Below, in pieces: positions 33,162 through 34,606 of a stretch of 34,606 bases of DNA (position 1 is the stretch's first letter; every line of letters begins with the position of its first letter). Source of the DNA: a virus. The stretch is taken from positions 1 through 34,606 of IMG/VR virus record IMGVR_UViG_3300037827_000058; one strand, given 5' to 3'. The translations under genes were made by a program, and so were the position numbers. The notes under the pieces are model-generated. The model saw only the letters and a list, made by a program, of their open reading frames with translations, was not told the origin of the DNA and made no database searches.

Positions 33162-33575
33162 ATGGCAGTGATACGGTCAAGGACGACCAAAAGGTTTGTG
33201 ATACCGACAGAGCGCCAGGAACAAAGGGCGCTAGTGAAGTGGTTAAGTTACCATCCGATATTGCATGAGTTCTTTTGCAAGAATAATAACGAGGGGAAAA
33301 GAACACCCGCACAGACACACAATTTAAAATTGGAAGGTTTACGACCAGGCGTGAGTGATTTGTTCATTCCATACCCCAGCAGAACTGGGAAATTCCCAGG
33401 ATTATGGCTAGAAGTTAAACGTGATATGCATTACCCGCCATCAGCCATGAAGACCCAAACATGGTTGCAACAGGTAGAGTGGATTGAGCGCATGAAAAGG
33501 GTTGGCTATGAAGGAAAATTCTGCTACGGTTGGATTGATGGGAAAAAAATTATTGAAAGTTACCTCCTGGCTTGA
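33162..33575 (+). CDS. VRR-NUC domain nuclease
   Basis: Sequence EQRALVKWL...GLRPGVSDLFIPY...GLWLEVKRD shows the D...ExK pattern. AAGGA lies 7 nt upstream of the ATG. Confidence 0.7.
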   Translation: MAVIRSRTTKRFVIPTERQEQRALVKWLSYHPILHEFFCKNNNEGKRTPAQTHNLKLEGLRPGVSDLFIPYPSRTGKFPGLWLEVKRDMHYPPSAMKTQTWLQQVEWIERMKRVGYEGKFCYGWIDGKKIIESYLLA

Positions 33576-33618
33576 TGATACTGTCCATTATTTCCGTTTT
33601 AAACAACTTCCTTGTTTA

Positions 33619-33645
33619 GCCCACTTCGGTGGGTTTTTATTTTTG
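33619..33645 (+). terminator. Rho-independent terminator
   Basis: Stem gcccac/gtgggt with tetraloop ttcg, followed by ttttatttttg. Confidence 0.7.
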
Positions 33646-33684
33646 TGCTAATATTAAATTATCTACTACACAAGGAACGTGCAT

Positions 33685-34098
33685 ATGCCTAAGTTCAGTC
33701 AAGAATCATTTTCTAAGCTCACTACCTGCCATCCTGACTTACAAGCTCTCTGTTATGAAGTGATTAAGTATTATGATTGCACCGTATTGCAAGGCTACCG
33801 AAATGAAGTAGACCAAGAAAAAGCATTTGCAGAAGGCAATACCAAGCTTCACTATCCGCATGGAAAACACAATCATCAACCGTCCATGGCTGTAGATTTA
33901 ACGCCATACCCTATAGACTTTAACAATGAGAAATTGGCTCTCTGGTTTGGTGGATATGTCTTAGGCTTAGCGCAGAAACTTAAAGATGAAGGTAAAATGA
34001 CGCATAGTGTTCGTTGGGGCGGCTCATGGAATGGTTTAGGTGATTTAAACACCCCTCACATGCTTAATGACTTGGTGCATTTTGAATTAGTGCAGTAA
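33685..34098 (+). CDS. Endolysin, peptidase M15 (VanY / L-Ala-D-Glu peptidase-like)
   Basis: Sequences HYPHGKHNHQPSMAVDL and DLVHFEL give an H..D..H zinc-ligand layout. The ATG at 33685 follows AAGGAA. Confidence 0.75.
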   Translation: MPKFSQESFSKLTTCHPDLQALCYEVIKYYDCTVLQGYRNEVDQEKAFAEGNTKLHYPHGKHNHQPSMAVDLTPYPIDFNNEKLALWFGGYVLGLAQKLKDEGKMTHSVRWGGSWNGLGDLNTPHMLNDLVHFELVQ

Positions 34099-34113
34099 AT
34101 ACCGGAGGGAATC

Positions 34114-34332
34114 ATGAAATTGCTGCGTGATTACATAAAGAACAAGCCTACTCATGCGTTATCTGTGCCAGCTATATTGTGTTTTATCCAGTTTTTAACT
34201 AATCTTTGGCAAATTATTAAGACAGGTGTGTTTGATAGTAATGCAATGAACCAATTACTTTCATCTGCTGATGGCTTTGAGGCTGTTGTGTTGTTTGCGA
34301 TTATGATAGCCTTGAAGAGTAAAAAAAAGTAA
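34114..34332 (+). CDS. Holin candidate, 72 aa
   Basis: Two hydrophobic segments and a basic C-terminus KSKKK, adjacent to the endolysin. Confidence 0.5.
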   Translation: MKLLRDYIKNKPTHALSVPAILCFIQFLTNLWQIIKTGVFDSNAMNQLLSSADGFEAVVLFAIMIALKSKKK

Positions 34333-34373
34333 GATACATTTATTGAAATCTATATAACTAAAGGATTAGTTAA

Positions 34374-34606
34374 ATGGCTGGAAAACCACAACCCAAGAAA
34401 GAATACGTCCAAGAAGGTAGTGGACGACCATCTAAATTCACCCCTGAAAGGCGTGCTTCTATTATTGACGCTATTTCTCACCGCATTCCTTATGAAATGG
34501 CCGCAGAAGCCAATGGTATATGTCTTGAAACGCTATATGAATGGTTGCGGATTGGCAAACAACATCGTATGGATGGAATTGAGTCAGATTACACCATTTT
34601 TTCTGA
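34374..34606 (+). CDS. 5' part of the junction-spanning HTH / TerS-like gene, continuing at 128..341
   Basis: AAAGGA SD upstream, with ATG at 34374. The frame is open to the window end and continuous through the repeat. Confidence 0.55.
   Translation, partial: MAGKPQPKKEYVQEGSGRPSKFTPERRASIIDAISHRIPYEMAAEANGICLETLYEWLRIGKQHRMDGIESDYTIFS
34480..34606. repeat. Terminal direct repeat copy, identical to 1-127
   Basis: Read directly from the sequence. Confidence 0.95.

Noticed and set aside
33089-33268. 59-aa plus-strand ORF overlapping the end of 32875..33105 and the start of the VRR-NUC gene
   Set aside because: It has no SD and would overlap the VRR-NUC gene by more than 100 nt. The VRR-NUC ATG at 33162 has a good AAGGA. 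An alternative GTG start at 33198 for VRR-NUC cannot be excluded.
1-34606. Search by eye for a CRISPR array, tRNA genes, an integrase/attP, and reverse transcriptase (DGR or retron) associated with the variable fibre genes
   Set aside because: No spaced identical repeats, no tRNA T-arm-like GGTTCGAATCC motifs, no tyrosine or serine recombinase motifs, and no YxDD reverse-transcriptase ORF were found. tRNAscan-SE and HMM searches would be needed for certainty.

Overview
The window is a complete, circularly closed phage genome. Bases 1-127 are identical to 34480-34606, which looks like an assembler overlap, so the unique length is 34479 bp. The virion module follows P22-like gene order: large terminase, portal with a long C-terminal coiled-coil, scaffold, P22-coat-like capsid, adaptor, nozzle, three ejection proteins, then several fibre genes. 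Replication genes resemble lambda O and P. I found no integrase, DNA polymerase, RNA polymerase, tRNA or CRISPR array by eye.

Two transcription units diverge from a roughly 450 nt control region at 30736-31182. The rightward unit runs through replication, VRR-NUC, a terminator, lysis, the TerS-like gene spanning the window junction, small ORFs, TerL, the structural genes and the fibres, ending at 24786. The leftward early unit runs from 30735 down to 24791. It carries an RHH regulator, acidic unknown proteins, a Sak4-like ATPase, an SSB-like protein, a GC-rich structured non-coding region, an HNH-AP2 endonuclease, a metallophosphoesterase, a DUF2829 protein and a WGR protein.

The observations most worth following up are:
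- A translationally coupled metallophosphoesterase and internally duplicated DUF2829 (Tad2-like) pair, near a stand-alone WGR-domain gene. A second DUF2829 gene sits in the late region.
- A 205 nt GC-rich intergenic element with a 9-bp long-range closing helix and a terminator-like 3' end, which is a candidate ncRNA or riboswitch-like leader.
- An NrdR zinc-ribbon-only protein whose stop overlaps the TerL start.
- Six free-standing HNH endonuclease genes.
- An AT-rich cassette in the fibre module encoding a signal-peptide-bearing SASA/SGNH esterase and a second fibre that shares its N-terminal domain with the preceding fibre.
- Iteron-like repeats inside the replication initiator gene.

All functional calls rest on motif recognition by eye and on synteny. 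No database search was run.
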